NCBI GenBank assembly: GCA_016927655.1
Contig: JAFGMG010000005.1
Span: 75,991 to 139,990, forward strand
DNA: 64,000 bases
Source of the DNA: Candidatus Dojkabacteria bacterium
GTDB taxonomy: Bacteria; Patescibacteriota; Dojkabacteria; B142; JAFGMG01
Direction of reading: 5' to 3'
The translations under genes were made by a program, and so were the position numbers. Positions 9,275 to 19,679 of the stretch are shown here, piece after piece (position 1 is the first letter of the stretch; each line of letters begins with the position of its first letter). The notes beneath the pieces are model-generated. The model made no database searches. It was not told the DNA's origin and was given only the letters and a program-made list of their open reading frames with translations.

Positions 9275-10621
9275 ATGAATGATAATCTGCGAACATTTGT
9301 ATTGCTTGGTGCGGCGGTATTATTTATTGTAATAATAGGTATACTGGTTATTCTCTTTCTGCCAGGAGAAGGGGGCAATGAAACTCCTCAGGATAATACC
9401 GGAATAGTTCCTACTGATCGGCAGATTACTCTGATATGGTGGAACCTTTTTGAACCTCAGGAAAATGTCCAGCCCTTGATCGATGCTTATCAGGCGAAAT
9501 ATCCAAATGTCACTATTGAATATTCAGAAAAAACTCTAGATGATTATCAAACAAGTCTGGAGAAAGTTCTAACAGACAGGCAGCCGGAAACTACGCCCGA
9601 TATTTTTACTGTAAATTCCAAGTCTGTTGCCAGATACAAAAATTATTCCCTGCCCTGTCCTAGTGAAGTGCTGGATTATGCAACTTATCAGGAAAATTTC
9701 TACCCGGTAATTGTAAGTGATGGGGCTTATGACGGCAGTGTTCATGCCATTCCTTTGGGGATTGACTCAATTGCTTTGATTTATAATAAAAAGCTGCTTA
9801 ATGACGCTGGATATACTGTTCCTTCAAGTGACTGGTCAGAGCTTCTTGAGCAGGCACAAAATATTACAAAATCTTCAAATAATAGTATAACAACAGCTGG
9901 ATTGGCTTTGAATGCGGACGATAATTCTCAATTCTGGTTTGAAGTTTTTAATCTTTTGATGCTTCAATCGGAAGTCGGTATGGTAGATGAGCTGGGCCAG
10001 GCCGTTTTTGCAGAAGATTCTGCTACTTCTGAGGCAGCGCAGTATTTCAAAAACTTTGAAGAAGAGAATGTCTGGGATGATACTTTAAAACAGGATATTG
10101 CATTGTTCCTGGAAGGCAAACTGGGCATGTTTTTTGCGCCTGCATGGAGGCTGGATGAAGTGATTTCTTACAATCAAACGTATAATTTGGGATTGGATAT
10201 CGGGGTGGCAAATGTACCGCAGCTTTCGAGTCTGGAAGAAGGAAGTGTCGGCTGGGCGGATTATTGGATGCAGATGGTGTCTTTGGACTCGGCAAATTAT
10301 AAAGTTGCGTGGGATTTTTTAAATTTCGCAACCCAGCCGGAACAATTAAGAGCTTCTTACTCGAAAGCTGCAGAGTCACGCGTTTTTGGGCAGATTTACC
10401 CAAGAGTTGATATGGGACCGGAGCTCGAGTCAAATCAGTATCTTGAAGTTTATCTGGCTGAAATTGGACAAGCCGGGAGCTGGGAAATGGTTGATTATCT
10501 GCAGGTAAAAGAGGTTTTCGCAGAATGGCTGGCAGGAACAGGAAGTGCTGAATCCGCCCAGACAAAGGTCAATACAATACTTAGTAACAGCGGTTATCTG
10601 AGGGCTGGATTGACTAATTAG
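9275..10621 (+). CDS. Carbohydrate-type extracellular solute-binding protein, TM-anchored
   Basis: YPNVTIEY, PDIF, AIPLGIDSIALIYNKKLL, FLEGKLGMFF, AWDFLNF (SBP family 1). Confidence 0.9.
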   Translation: MNDNLRTFVLLGAAVLFIVIIGILVILFLPGEGGNETPQDNTGIVPTDRQITLIWWNLFEPQENVQPLIDAYQAKYPNVTIEYSEKTLDDYQTSLEKVLTDRQPETTPDIFTVNSKSVARYKNYSLPCPSEVLDYATYQENFYPVIVSDGAYDGSVHAIPLGIDSIALIYNKKLLNDAGYTVPSSDWSELLEQAQNITKSSNNSITTAGLALNADDNSQFWFEVFNLLMLQSEVGMVDELGQAVFAEDSATSEAAQYFKNFEEENVWDDTLKQDIALFLEGKLGMFFAPAWRLDEVISYNQTYNLGLDIGVANVPQLSSLEEGSVGWADYWMQMVSLDSANYKVAWDFLNFATQPEQLRASYSKAAESRVFGQIYPRVDMGPELESNQYLEVYLAEIGQAGSWEMVDYLQVKEVFAEWLAGTGSAESAQTKVNTILSNSGYLRAGLTN

Positions 10622-10640
10622 AAAAAGGTATACTTATACA

Positions 10641-12590
10641 ATGAAATACAAAATTGCAGACAAGAGAATATTTCAAGGTTTTTTGTTTATTATCGTGTCA
10701 GCTGTGGCTGCTTCCGGTCTTTTGCAGCTTGTACAGGCTGTCCCTCTGGCTGATCCTGCAGATCAATTTTTAGTCAATTCTCCAAAGGCGAATTCTACCC
10801 TAGTAGAAACCGTAAATATCCAATTTAAGTTGTATGACGATGAGAATGCCAACCCTGAATATGAAATTGCGCTTTATCAGCCGAATTGTATTACAAAATA
10901 TGGGACAATAGCGGTCAATGATTATTCAATCAAAGACGGGAACAATGTCTATACTAAAGCATATAATACCGATGGAGCAATGATCGACCGGCCTGCTGCT
11001 GCTGATGGTACATATTGTTTGAAGGTGTGTACTACTTTGAGAAACGGAGCTGCAAATTATTCTGTTTGCGACCTTCGCTCAGTCACTCTCGCTCAAAAAG
11101 CAAACTCAGCCCCAGTAATTACATCCAATCCGCCAAATGCAAATTATATTATCGGACAGAGGTTCGGATATGATGTTCAGGCAAGTGATGCTGATGGGGA
11201 TGCTTTGAGCTACGTACTTGTCAATACGCCTAGTTTTTTGCAGATCAATCCTTCAACCGGGGAAATTACATCCAAGGGTGAGCTGGCAACTATAGGAAGC
11301 TTCCAGGTTCTTGTTTACGTCGATGACGGAAATGGTGGAAGGGACTCTCAGCAATTTGAAATAGTGGTAGTGGAACAGCCTGTGGTCATACTGCCGTCAG
11401 TAGTTATTTCCAATCCTTCTGCTGATGAACTAATTATTGATGACACGTTGAATATCGAATGGAGCATTGCTGCTATCACAAACATCAGCAAAATCGAGCT
11501 TTTTTATTCGACTGACGGGGCGAAGTGGACATTGATCAAAGCTCTGGATCCAACGGCTACTAATTATGCGTGGGATATATCGGGAATTCCTGATGGGGAG
11601 TATTATTTGAAAATTGTAGTAACTGATGATGCCGGAAATATTTACGAATATATTGTAGATACTTTTTCAATAAATAGAGAGAATGATGAGCCTATTGAAA
11701 ATGCTGCTGGTATTATTGACGTTATCCCTAAGGAAGATAGTGAGTCAAATTCAATTGCAAAAATCGAAGCGACTCTTGTTCCAAGCGCCGGCAGTGAAAT
11801 TATTGCTGATTCTGTGAAAGTGCTTCTTGATGATTCAGATATTTCAGAATCATGCGCACTTCAAGGCGACCGTCTTGTTTGTAATATCGGAGACCTCGGG
11901 CTTGGAAAACACAAGATTGAGATCAGTTTTGAAGACAGCGGTGGAGAAAAAGCTCAAAAATCATGGTTTTTTACTAAAATTGAGGCTGACGCTCAGAAAG
12001 ATAAGGGCAGCGGACTCAATACCTCTACTCTTCTTGTGATTTTTGTCATCTGCGTTGTTGCGCTATTTATTATTATTATTCCTTGGATTTTGTATTCAAT
12101 CTGGAGGGGAAGAGGCAGTGAAGAAGACATTTATGTGAATGACTATGGAACAACTCCTGGCGCTGGCGGTGCTTATGACGCTGCAACTGATGTAAATGTA
12201 AATATCGATCCAAGAACGGATCTGGACAGCAGTTATTATACGCAGCCTGCAATGGATGAAACTCCAGCTGATGTAGATGTGGATTTTGATGAATATAATG
12301 TCGGCGAAGGTGCTATTGGAGAGGATCAGAATTTCGCTCCTGTGCAGCCTCCAGTAGCCAGCGCGCAGGCGAGCTCACCTGCTCGCGACCAGCAGCCTCC
12401 AACAGCAGCGGCAGATCAGGGGCTGGATGAGGGGGATATTCCTGACTGGCTAAAAGGTGATGATATAAGTGATCCTGTAGATACAAAGGGCGAGGAAATC
12501 GATCTGGATACTGCAGAAGAGAAAAAGGACGAATTGAAAGGTGCTGATCCATACTCTGATTATGGACTTGCGCAGAAGGATGATAACTAG
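10641..12590 (+). CDS. Ig/cadherin-like repeat surface protein with C-terminal TM and acidic tail
   Basis: Signal-like N-terminus, NSAPVITS..YDVQASDADGDALSY..INPSTGEI (putative Ig), further beta-sandwich segments, a TM helix and a D/E/P-rich tail. Confidence 0.8.
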   Translation: MKYKIADKRIFQGFLFIIVSAVAASGLLQLVQAVPLADPADQFLVNSPKANSTLVETVNIQFKLYDDENANPEYEIALYQPNCITKYGTIAVNDYSIKDGNNVYTKAYNTDGAMIDRPAAADGTYCLKVCTTLRNGAANYSVCDLRSVTLAQKANSAPVITSNPPNANYIIGQRFGYDVQASDADGDALSYVLVNTPSFLQINPSTGEITSKGELATIGSFQVLVYVDDGNGGRDSQQFEIVVVEQPVVILPSVVISNPSADELIIDDTLNIEWSIAAITNISKIELFYSTDGAKWTLIKALDPTATNYAWDISGIPDGEYYLKIVVTDDAGNIYEYIVDTFSINRENDEPIENAAGIIDVIPKEDSESNSIAKIEATLVPSAGSEIIADSVKVLLDDSDISESCALQGDRLVCNIGDLGLGKHKIEISFEDSGGEKAQKSWFFTKIEADAQKDKGSGLNTSTLLVIFVICVVALFIIIIPWILYSIWRGRGSEEDIYVNDYGTTPGAGGAYDAATDVNVNIDPRTDLDSSYYTQPAMDETPADVDVDFDEYNVGEGAIGEDQNFAPVQPPVASAQASSPARDQQPPTAAADQGLDEGDIPDWLKGDDISDPVDTKGEEIDLDTAEEKKDELKGADPYSDYGLAQKDDN

Positions 12591-12618
12591 TCTTTAACAT
12601 CTAACTCCTAACGTCTCT

Positions 12619-15600
12619 TCATGGATTGCAGCTGCCGACAAATACACCATTCCCAAGTGTTGCATATTTCTCAATCCTGGCTGGCTTTGTGATGTTTTTA
12701 AAGATAGCATCATTTGTATGGATTTCGTATATTTCCCCTGTTTTTAGTATTTGTGTAACTTCAGATGTCTTTGGGTTGTAAAGTTTATGATCAGAATCAG
12801 TTTCGCAGTCCAAAGTGATAATTTCAATGGTTTCGCCTTTGATCCTGCTGGCAGGTGCGGCCTGAGCCACGCTTTGCGACGGCCTGGTGGACTGGTTATC
12901 TGGAATTTTATCAAAACCCAGATCGACAAGCGTAGTCCCCATCATCACAAGGGCAAAGGCAAGTCCGAAAGCTGCGGTCGGGTCAAACTTTTTAGTAAGA
13001 GTATCCACAAAATCATACAATGTTTTCATAAGAGACAATCCGGCCAGAACGTTTTTCAGAACATCAACATTTCCTAGAAGTTTATCGATTGCAGCACCGA
13101 TTTGTGAGCCGATGTATGAAATAACGGATCCCAATGCCACACCAAACAAAGGGGTTCCAATAATTGTTCCAATAAATCCTCCTGTGATGCCGCCTATTAT
13201 TCCTCCTGCTACCATAAATGTTCCAATTGGTGTCCCGGTAGCGTATGCGATTGCTATGCCAATACCAGCTCCGCTCAATGTTCCCAAGGCTGCAGCTCCG
13301 AGGTTGATCCCTTGTATGGCCGCCATGGCGCTGATCCCTCCGTATATGCCGCCGACATTAAATCCGAGTTCAGCACCCTTTAAATAATTTAGCCAGGATT
13401 TGAGATGAGTTGGAGACCAGTTTGCAGAGAAATAATCCAGTCCTTGGGCGCGCATTGCCGAGAGCTGACTATTGATCCATGGTGCTGCCGTTGCCAGGCC
13501 GACAAGTTCCATAAATGGGAGCTTGCCAAGTGCCATTAGCGTTGAACTTGTTGCAATTTTTGCAGACGCATTGACGGCGAGTCTCCCTGTTAGATATCTT
13601 GCACCAAGTGCTGCTCCCCCAGCAGTCGCTCCGGCTGCCAATGCAACCAATGGACTTGCGCCGAGCAATGCGGCAATAGCTGCTCCGCCGGCGAAGCCGT
13701 AAAAACCGGTATTTAGTGAACGGGCAAAGGTATACCCTCTTGTTGTTAGAGATCTAGAAGCGCTTAATCCTTGCTGTAAGCGCATTTCTTTTCCGAGAAC
13801 ACCGTGAGCTTTCTGAAAATCAGCAATTCTTCCAAATGGGCTGAGTTTTGTTGAATTTAATGTATCTGTGGTTAATTTCAACGCGGCACCTGCTCCACCA
13901 CTCAAAGCAGCGGCAGCAAGAATTGCTGGTGTCCCACCGCCCATCGCAAGTGCGAGTCCTGCGCCAATTGCACCGTATCTAAGCCCAGAGCCAGTTGCTC
14001 TTGCGAGTGCGCGAACCCCGTTTAGTGCTCTTTGAGCACCGATCAAGCCCTTTCCAACAACACCTCCCATTATCCGGGTTTTTGTATTGGTAATTGAGTT
14101 TGATAAAGCCTTAGCGCCGTTATTGAGGGTTTTCAAACCGCTCATAGTATATGCTCCATTCTGTACTATGCGTCTAACATTATTCAATGTATTGAGAATT
14201 TTACCCAAATATGCCTTTGCTCCAACTCCTACAGCCAGTAGTGTTTTTGATTTGGATTTACTTTTTCGCTCCTCATATTTTTTCTTGAGATTGATTGTTC
14301 CTAAATCATTGTAAAGCCGTTTAATACCAAGACCGCTAAAAGCTTTTCTTTGCGGCTGATACCTTTTGTATTTGACATCTCTGTCAAGTTTTCTGCTAAT
14401 CCTGTCTCCGATGCTTTCGTCAATTCTTGCCAATCCATTTCGAAGACGCCTCGGAAGAATGCTTATCTGCCGTCCTTTCTCGAAAGTCCATCTGCCAAGT
14501 CTTGTTTTTCCTGTCCATTGAACTATTCTGCTGGTTGCTATAGATCTGCCGATTCCCGCAACACCTTTTCTTCCAGCTCTACCGATAGCTCCTACTCCCC
14601 TGCCAGCTTGTTTCCCTAAAAACATAGTACCTTGTCCGGCTTTTCTGGGAAGATAGCCTAGTCCTGTCCTATAATACTGTCCTTTTCTACTCTCGTAGTC
14701 TTTTTTCCTGTTGCTGTACCAGTCCCTGATATTTACTTTTTCTTTCTTTTCGATCTTCTGCTCCCAAATGTTTTTCCCCTGTTTTAGCTCTTTTCTTGTA
14801 GCAGCGGCGCGTGCTTTTGCCCGTTCAAGTAGCATCTTGTCTGCCATTTCGCGAACCTGGTCCTGTGTCATCTCGTTTGATACAGAATTTAGAAGTCCAT
14901 AAGTTGACTGTAAATTCTTGATAGCTGCAGCTGCGTTTGGGTCGTCACTCTTTGCTAGTCTTGCCAGTGTGGTGCTATACGCAGCCTTTAGATTCTGCGG
15001 GGTTGCTTTATCTTTATTAATGCCGATTACATCATACGGATTGCTCCTCTCTCTTGCGATTTTCCTGACGTCCTCTTTTGAAAGATCTGCAGCAAAGTCA
15101 AATCCGCCTTGGATCAAGTCCCTTTCGATAAGTTCGCTATTGGATTGAGGCTTGATTGTTTCGGGTTTGTATTTTTGCAGATCCGGTCCCACCTGGTCAG
15201 CCATTCTTCCTAGTCTTTGTTCTGATTGCTCCAGATATCTCGCCTGATTTTGAAGTGTTGCGAATTTTTGTGCCTTTTGCTTACGGATCTCTTCTGGGGC
15301 AGCGTTTGGCTGGTTTTGGGAGAGTTTTTCGACAGCCTGAGTATAGCTCCCGAACTCCTGTTTGATCTTATTATACTTGTTTAATTCTTCCAGGTAAGTC
15401 AGATTTCTCTCCAATACTGCTTTTTCTCTTGTAAGTTGCTCTTTTCTATTTAAAATTTGTTCTCGTATGCTCGGATTCGCTTTTGCCCCGGCAAGTTCCA
15501 AATTGTTCTCAAGGGCTGCTATCTGGGTATTTAAATCTTGAAGCTGCTTTGGTAATTGCGTTTCTTTTGGTTTTGGAGGAAGGTTGGTTTCCTGTTCACT

Positions 15601-16068
15601 TGGCTTTATACTCTGTTGCTCTTCTTCTGGTGACTGTTTTTGAGGTTTAGCCTTTTTAGACCTCCTGTCTGTCCCTTGTCTTCTTAAGCGGGGTATTCTG
15701 GGAACTCTTCGGTTTTCGGCTACAACATCGTCATCTCCGCCGCCGCCGCCGGTTTGTTCTTTTGGTTGTTCCTCTTTAACTTCATTTTTAGACTCAGCCT
15801 CTTTTTGTGCTTCAATAAGTTCCTGTTTTGTCTGCGTGATCTCTGTTTCGAGACTTCTAAGTGTTTCCCGGTCTGTAATATTTATCCCCAGGCTTGCCAT
15901 AACTCCAGCTGTATTTGCTGACGGGTCTGAGACAACCCGCTCGATTTGATTCCTGATAGCTGATATTCTAAATGCACTAATTGTGGGATTTTGTCCACGT
16001 AATGCCTCCTCCACTCTATCGAGTAATTTATTAATATTTGGTTGTGCTTGTGCTGCTGGCAATGCCAT
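12619..16068 (-). CDS. Large coiled-coil/glycine-zipper membrane protein with degenerate J-like domain
   Basis: 1149-aa ORF: charged coiled-coil N-half, NPYDVIG..LKAAY..YGLL J-like segment, K/R-rich middle, multiple Gly/Ala-rich hydrophobic helices. Confidence 0.7.
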   Translation of the reverse strand: MALPAAQAQPNINKLLDRVEEALRGQNPTISAFRISAIRNQIERVVSDPSANTAGVMASLGINITDRETLRSLETEITQTKQELIEAQKEAESKNEVKEEQPKEQTGGGGGDDDVVAENRRVPRIPRLRRQGTDRRSKKAKPQKQSPEEEQQSIKPSEQETNLPPKPKETQLPKQLQDLNTQIAALENNLELAGAKANPSIREQILNRKEQLTREKAVLERNLTYLEELNKYNKIKQEFGSYTQAVEKLSQNQPNAAPEEIRKQKAQKFATLQNQARYLEQSEQRLGRMADQVGPDLQKYKPETIKPQSNSELIERDLIQGGFDFAADLSKEDVRKIARERSNPYDVIGINKDKATPQNLKAAYSTTLARLAKSDDPNAAAAIKNLQSTYGLLNSVSNEMTQDQVREMADKMLLERAKARAAATRKELKQGKNIWEQKIEKKEKVNIRDWYSNRKKDYESRKGQYYRTGLGYLPRKAGQGTMFLGKQAGRGVGAIGRAGRKGVAGIGRSIATSRIVQWTGKTRLGRWTFEKGRQISILPRRLRNGLARIDESIGDRISRKLDRDVKYKRYQPQRKAFSGLGIKRLYNDLGTINLKKKYEERKSKSKSKTLLAVGVGAKAYLGKILNTLNNVRRIVQNGAYTMSGLKTLNNGAKALSNSITNTKTRIMGGVVGKGLIGAQRALNGVRALARATGSGLRYGAIGAGLALAMGGGTPAILAAAALSGGAGAALKLTTDTLNSTKLSPFGRIADFQKAHGVLGKEMRLQQGLSASRSLTTRGYTFARSLNTGFYGFAGGAAIAALLGASPLVALAAGATAGGAALGARYLTGRLAVNASAKIATSSTLMALGKLPFMELVGLATAAPWINSQLSAMRAQGLDYFSANWSPTHLKSWLNYLKGAELGFNVGGIYGGISAMAAIQGINLGAAALGTLSGAGIGIAIAYATGTPIGTFMVAGGIIGGITGGFIGTIIGTPLFGVALGSVISYIGSQIGAAIDKLLGNVDVLKNVLAGLSLMKTLYDFVDTLTKKFDPTAAFGLAFALVMMGTTLVDLGFDKIPDNQSTRPSQSVAQAAPASRIKGETIEIITLDCETDSDHKLYNPKTSEVTQILKTGEIYEIHTNDAIFKNITKPARIEKYATLGNGVFVGSCNP

Positions 16069-16082
16069 GCGTATTTCTCTAA

Positions 16083-17273
16083 TTATAGAAAGTATTTATC
16101 CATCCTAAACCCACTTGTGCTAAAAACAAGCATGTCCTTTAGTGCCTGTTCACTCATTGTGAATTTGTAATATTCTTTTATTCCCTCAAGAAGAACTCCG
16201 GCGTTTGTAATGCTTTGGATCTCTAAAGTATATTCATTGCCTTCTTCGAGCTGTTCGTCTTGAGTTGCTTCTCGAATCTTTGAGGTGAAGAAATTACCGG
16301 GTCTAATAGCTTGTTCTATAATCACTTCGGTGAGTGCAATGAAAATGTGCTTATAAAAGTCATCTAAAGTCTCTTGATTGATTTTTGGATTGAATTCTCG
16401 TAATGAATCCAAGAGTTCTAGGACATATAATTCCATAGACATATCTTCGCGTGCTCTAAAGACGACCAGTTCTTCAAGCTGTCTTTTTTGAGCCATATCA
16501 ACTATCTGAGCAAGAGCATTGTTTTTGGCGTCTATTGGAGAAATTCCCCTTTCGATGTCACTATATGCAAGATGCATTAAATTATCAAACACTCTTTGTA
16601 TTAATTCTTCTGCAATTTGTTCGATTTGCCTACCTTGATTTATTACAAAAAAGGCTCTTTCTGGATAGTATTTAAGTTTGTTTGCTAACAGGCTATTTGA
16701 GTAGTTGAGTATGCTCAGGCCGGCGAGTTTTGATTTGATCAGATAAAATTTATTCTCGAAATTTATTGTCTCTTTGATGTCTATTTCCCCTTTTTTATCA
16801 ATTAGCACGGCGTAAGGGAGATCGACTTTAATTGTCTGCTTCAGATCCGTTTCTTTTATTCCCAGCTCTTTATATTGGGCCTTTTGAGCTTCGGTTTGGG
16901 GCGGGATGAAAAACTCTATTGCGTATTCAGCAAGTTCGGGAAGTCCCTGGTCCCATCTGGACTGGAAGTAGCTGCTGATTGTCTGAAGCCAGACTCTGGT
17001 AAGTTCAGATATATTTTCTTTCTCAAATTCAAGTACCGGGATTGAAACTGCCTCGTTTTTGGTGTTTTCCAGTACAGCTTTTATAAACTGGTCGATGGCG
17101 GCCTTGTTTTTTCTATATGTTTTTTGAAATCGTTTTTCAAATTTTGGAAGAAAGTTTTCGATTTCAAAATCAAAGGAGGTCGGACTTATAAATACAAAAG
17201 CTGATCTGCCTAATTTTTTGTAGGTCTGTTCATATAATTGATCGATTTGTTGTATTTCTTGAATATCGGACAT
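16083..17273 (-). CDS. Hypothetical acidic alpha-helical protein
   Basis: 396-aa ORF tightly spaced between co-oriented genes; E/I/L-rich, no TM. Confidence 0.7.
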   Translation of the reverse strand: MSDIQEIQQIDQLYEQTYKKLGRSAFVFISPTSFDFEIENFLPKFEKRFQKTYRKNKAAIDQFIKAVLENTKNEAVSIPVLEFEKENISELTRVWLQTISSYFQSRWDQGLPELAEYAIEFFIPPQTEAQKAQYKELGIKETDLKQTIKVDLPYAVLIDKKGEIDIKETINFENKFYLIKSKLAGLSILNYSNSLLANKLKYYPERAFFVINQGRQIEQIAEELIQRVFDNLMHLAYSDIERGISPIDAKNNALAQIVDMAQKRQLEELVVFRAREDMSMELYVLELLDSLREFNPKINQETLDDFYKHIFIALTEVIIEQAIRPGNFFTSKIREATQDEQLEEGNEYTLEIQSITNAGVLLEGIKEYYKFTMSEQALKDMLVFSTSGFRMDKYFL

Positions 17274-17302
17274 TTCATGTTTATCGTGCTTGTTGTTATC
17301 TC

Positions 17303-19108
17303 TTATTGTTGTTTAGCTTTCGGTCTATCTGTCCAGGCATCATATCGGCCTTTTGCGACTTTATATAGTGGCTGGGTTCCGCTTGCCAGACCAGATCGAA
17401 GAGAACCGGCAAATACTGTTTTGGCTTGTTCTTTCTTGAATTCTGCTGGTGTTGCAATTGCTTTTTCAAGGAAGTCCGGGATCATTGGTGTTGAAATAAA
17501 CAGTCCAAAGGCAATAAGATTTTTGATAAATTGTCCGCTGACTGCCCCGCCATCCCCAACTAATCTGGCAGTATTGGCCCCTATCAGAGAAGGGCTGTAA
17601 CCAAAATTGATTCCAAAGTTTAGATCGTTTGTTAAGACAATCATAAACAGAAATATTGCATAAACTGCAACAAATGTGAGAGATGCAGCAAAGAGTGTTC
17701 TAAAGTAGTTTGTTACTGCTTTCATTCCCTGTCCAGGAATAGCAATTGTCAACATAATAAATGGTGACACTATCGGGTAAAGTGCCAGGACAAGGTATTT
17801 GCTGACCAATTTCATAAATAGCTTAATACTTGCCATAAATGCGGCAATTGCAAGAACAAGGGTGAATAAAAGACCGATTAGTTTATCTGCTCCAGCAGCG
17901 TCTGCCGCTTCAAGTATTCTATCAAGTGCATTCACGACAGTATTGTTTGTCTGATCATTATCTGGAACAACCTTATCAAGTGCAATGCTTCCCTCATTCA
18001 CTCTAATATTTGCAGTCCCGAATACCCCCCATACACTCATTGCATCATCATCTGGCTGGAGGTGGTATTTGACCGGGTTGTTTGCGTCACCCAGGGTTGG
18101 ATTGTACTCAAGATCTGCTTTAAAAGCAGGTACATTTTCGAGTATTTCTAGTTTGTCCTGATCGGTTGCATCTACAAGTTGATCTATGAGTCCATTGTAC
18201 TCTTCTTGGTTTAGGCCAAGTGCGTCAGGTGTTGCATCGCTAACTACTTGTCTGAGTGTCTCGATGGGCGCATTTAGCGGGTCTATTGGGTGTGTGGTTA
18301 TACTGGTAGCATTCCACAGATCATATCCCGGTGACCAGGTATTTTGTACAAGCACCTGCTGGGTGACATTTGTTCCAATTGTAATGAAATCTATCGCAAG
18401 TCCTGAAAGTGCATAACTCAAAGTGATCATAATTAGAGCAATCACTATGTTTGGTATGGAATTCGCTATTGTTACCTGGGTTTGGCCCCCAAATGAGCTT
18501 CTAAACAAAACCATCAAGGCAACGATAATTATAATTATTATCATCGCAGCGTAAGCAATATTTCTAGATACTGCCCAGTAATCAGCTATCGGGTTTAAAA
18601 TTTCAAACCCCAGTCCGGGGTAGTAAATCCACGAGTCTTCTGGTGCGGCATAAGCGGTGTTTCCTGTGGTTAATTTGCTCCATTCGTTTTGAGCATAAGT
18701 AATTCCGCTTGCCGGAGGGTTTGCGTATAATTGTGCATTGAGACCGACGATACTTTGTATTGCGCCGGGTTTATAAAATGTAATAGGTTCCCCATTGTCA
18801 TCTAAAAGCAGTTCGCCGGTATTGCTGTCTATGACATTGCTTTTTCGTTTTACAAGAAATTTGAGTCCTAATTCGACCATTTTGACTCCAATACCTGTAA
18901 TTTCTTCATTACAAACTTGGGTGTCCGGGTCACACATGGTTGTGCTATCGAGCAGGTAATCCCCTGCTGCGGATTCGGGGACTGTGCTTTCAGTCAGGGT
19001 GTAGTCTGACGTTTCGTCGACGACCACAGCTTCAGCGTCGGTTGCAAATGTCAAAAACGACGTGGCAACAGTCGTAATCAAAAGAACCACAAGCAGTATT
19101 TTTTTCAT
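17303..19108 (-). CDS. VirB6/TrbL-like polytopic membrane protein (CPR type IV secretion-like)
   Basis: Signal peptide, then WAVSRNIAY..IIVALMVLFR..QTQVTIANSIPNIVIALIMITLSYALSGLAID and further TMs (LYPIVSPFIMLTIAIPG). I recognise this pattern from CPR VirB6-like proteins. Confidence 0.65.
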   Translation of the reverse strand: MKKILLVVLLITTVATSFLTFATDAEAVVVDETSDYTLTESTVPESAAGDYLLDSTTMCDPDTQVCNEEITGIGVKMVELGLKFLVKRKSNVIDSNTGELLLDDNGEPITFYKPGAIQSIVGLNAQLYANPPASGITYAQNEWSKLTTGNTAYAAPEDSWIYYPGLGFEILNPIADYWAVSRNIAYAAMIIIIIIVALMVLFRSSFGGQTQVTIANSIPNIVIALIMITLSYALSGLAIDFITIGTNVTQQVLVQNTWSPGYDLWNATSITTHPIDPLNAPIETLRQVVSDATPDALGLNQEEYNGLIDQLVDATDQDKLEILENVPAFKADLEYNPTLGDANNPVKYHLQPDDDAMSVWGVFGTANIRVNEGSIALDKVVPDNDQTNNTVVNALDRILEAADAAGADKLIGLLFTLVLAIAAFMASIKLFMKLVSKYLVLALYPIVSPFIMLTIAIPGQGMKAVTNYFRTLFAASLTFVAVYAIFLFMIVLTNDLNFGINFGYSPSLIGANTARLVGDGGAVSGQFIKNLIAFGLFISTPMIPDFLEKAIATPAEFKKEQAKTVFAGSLRSGLASGTQPLYKVAKGRYDAWTDRPKAKQQ

Positions 19109-19157
19109 GCGCGTACTACATAAATTGCTTAGACAAAAACAGTATAGAGAGTAAATG

Positions 19158-19607
19158 TTAGGAGTGCAAGGGTAGATTCTTGTGCATCTTGATCAGGTCA
19201 TTGTAGTCATCGATGACTTGTTGGATATCCTCTTCTCCAATTCCGTGGCCTTGCATTATCATTTCTATGTCGTTTTGGTGTAGTTCTTTTACAATATCAT
19301 TTGAAGCAGAAATGAATCTGAGTAAGTAGTAATTCAGCAAAACGTACGTCGAATCATTATCTATTGTTTTGACGATAAATGCGCCAAGTTCAAGCATATC
19401 GGGATTTGTGCCGTGTTCTTCTGTGAATTTTTTGAGTTCCTCGATATCGAGATTTAGATCAAATGCTATTTTTATTACTTTGAGCAGATTTTCTCCGAAA
19501 AGCTCCGCAAAGCCATCTTCTGATATGTGGAAATACTCGTACTTCTCAATGTACTCGGTAGTAGTTTCGAAAAGTTTTTTGAATAAGTCTTGTTTTTCTT
19601 TTGGCAT
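19158..19607 (-). CDS. Small acidic helical hypothetical protein
   Basis: 149-aa E/D-rich ORF downstream of and co-oriented with 19680-20315. Confidence 0.7.
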   Translation of the reverse strand: MPKEKQDLFKKLFETTTEYIEKYEYFHISEDGFAELFGENLLKVIKIAFDLNLDIEELKKFTEEHGTNPDMLELGAFIVKTIDNDSTYVLLNYYLLRFISASNDIVKELHQNDIEMIMQGHGIGEEDIQQVIDDYNDLIKMHKNLPLHS

Positions 19608-19679
19608 AATCAGAAATGCTTTGCTTTTTTAAATAATATAGTCAGGGTCAGATTTTCTAGCCATGTTCTTTTGTGGCTT

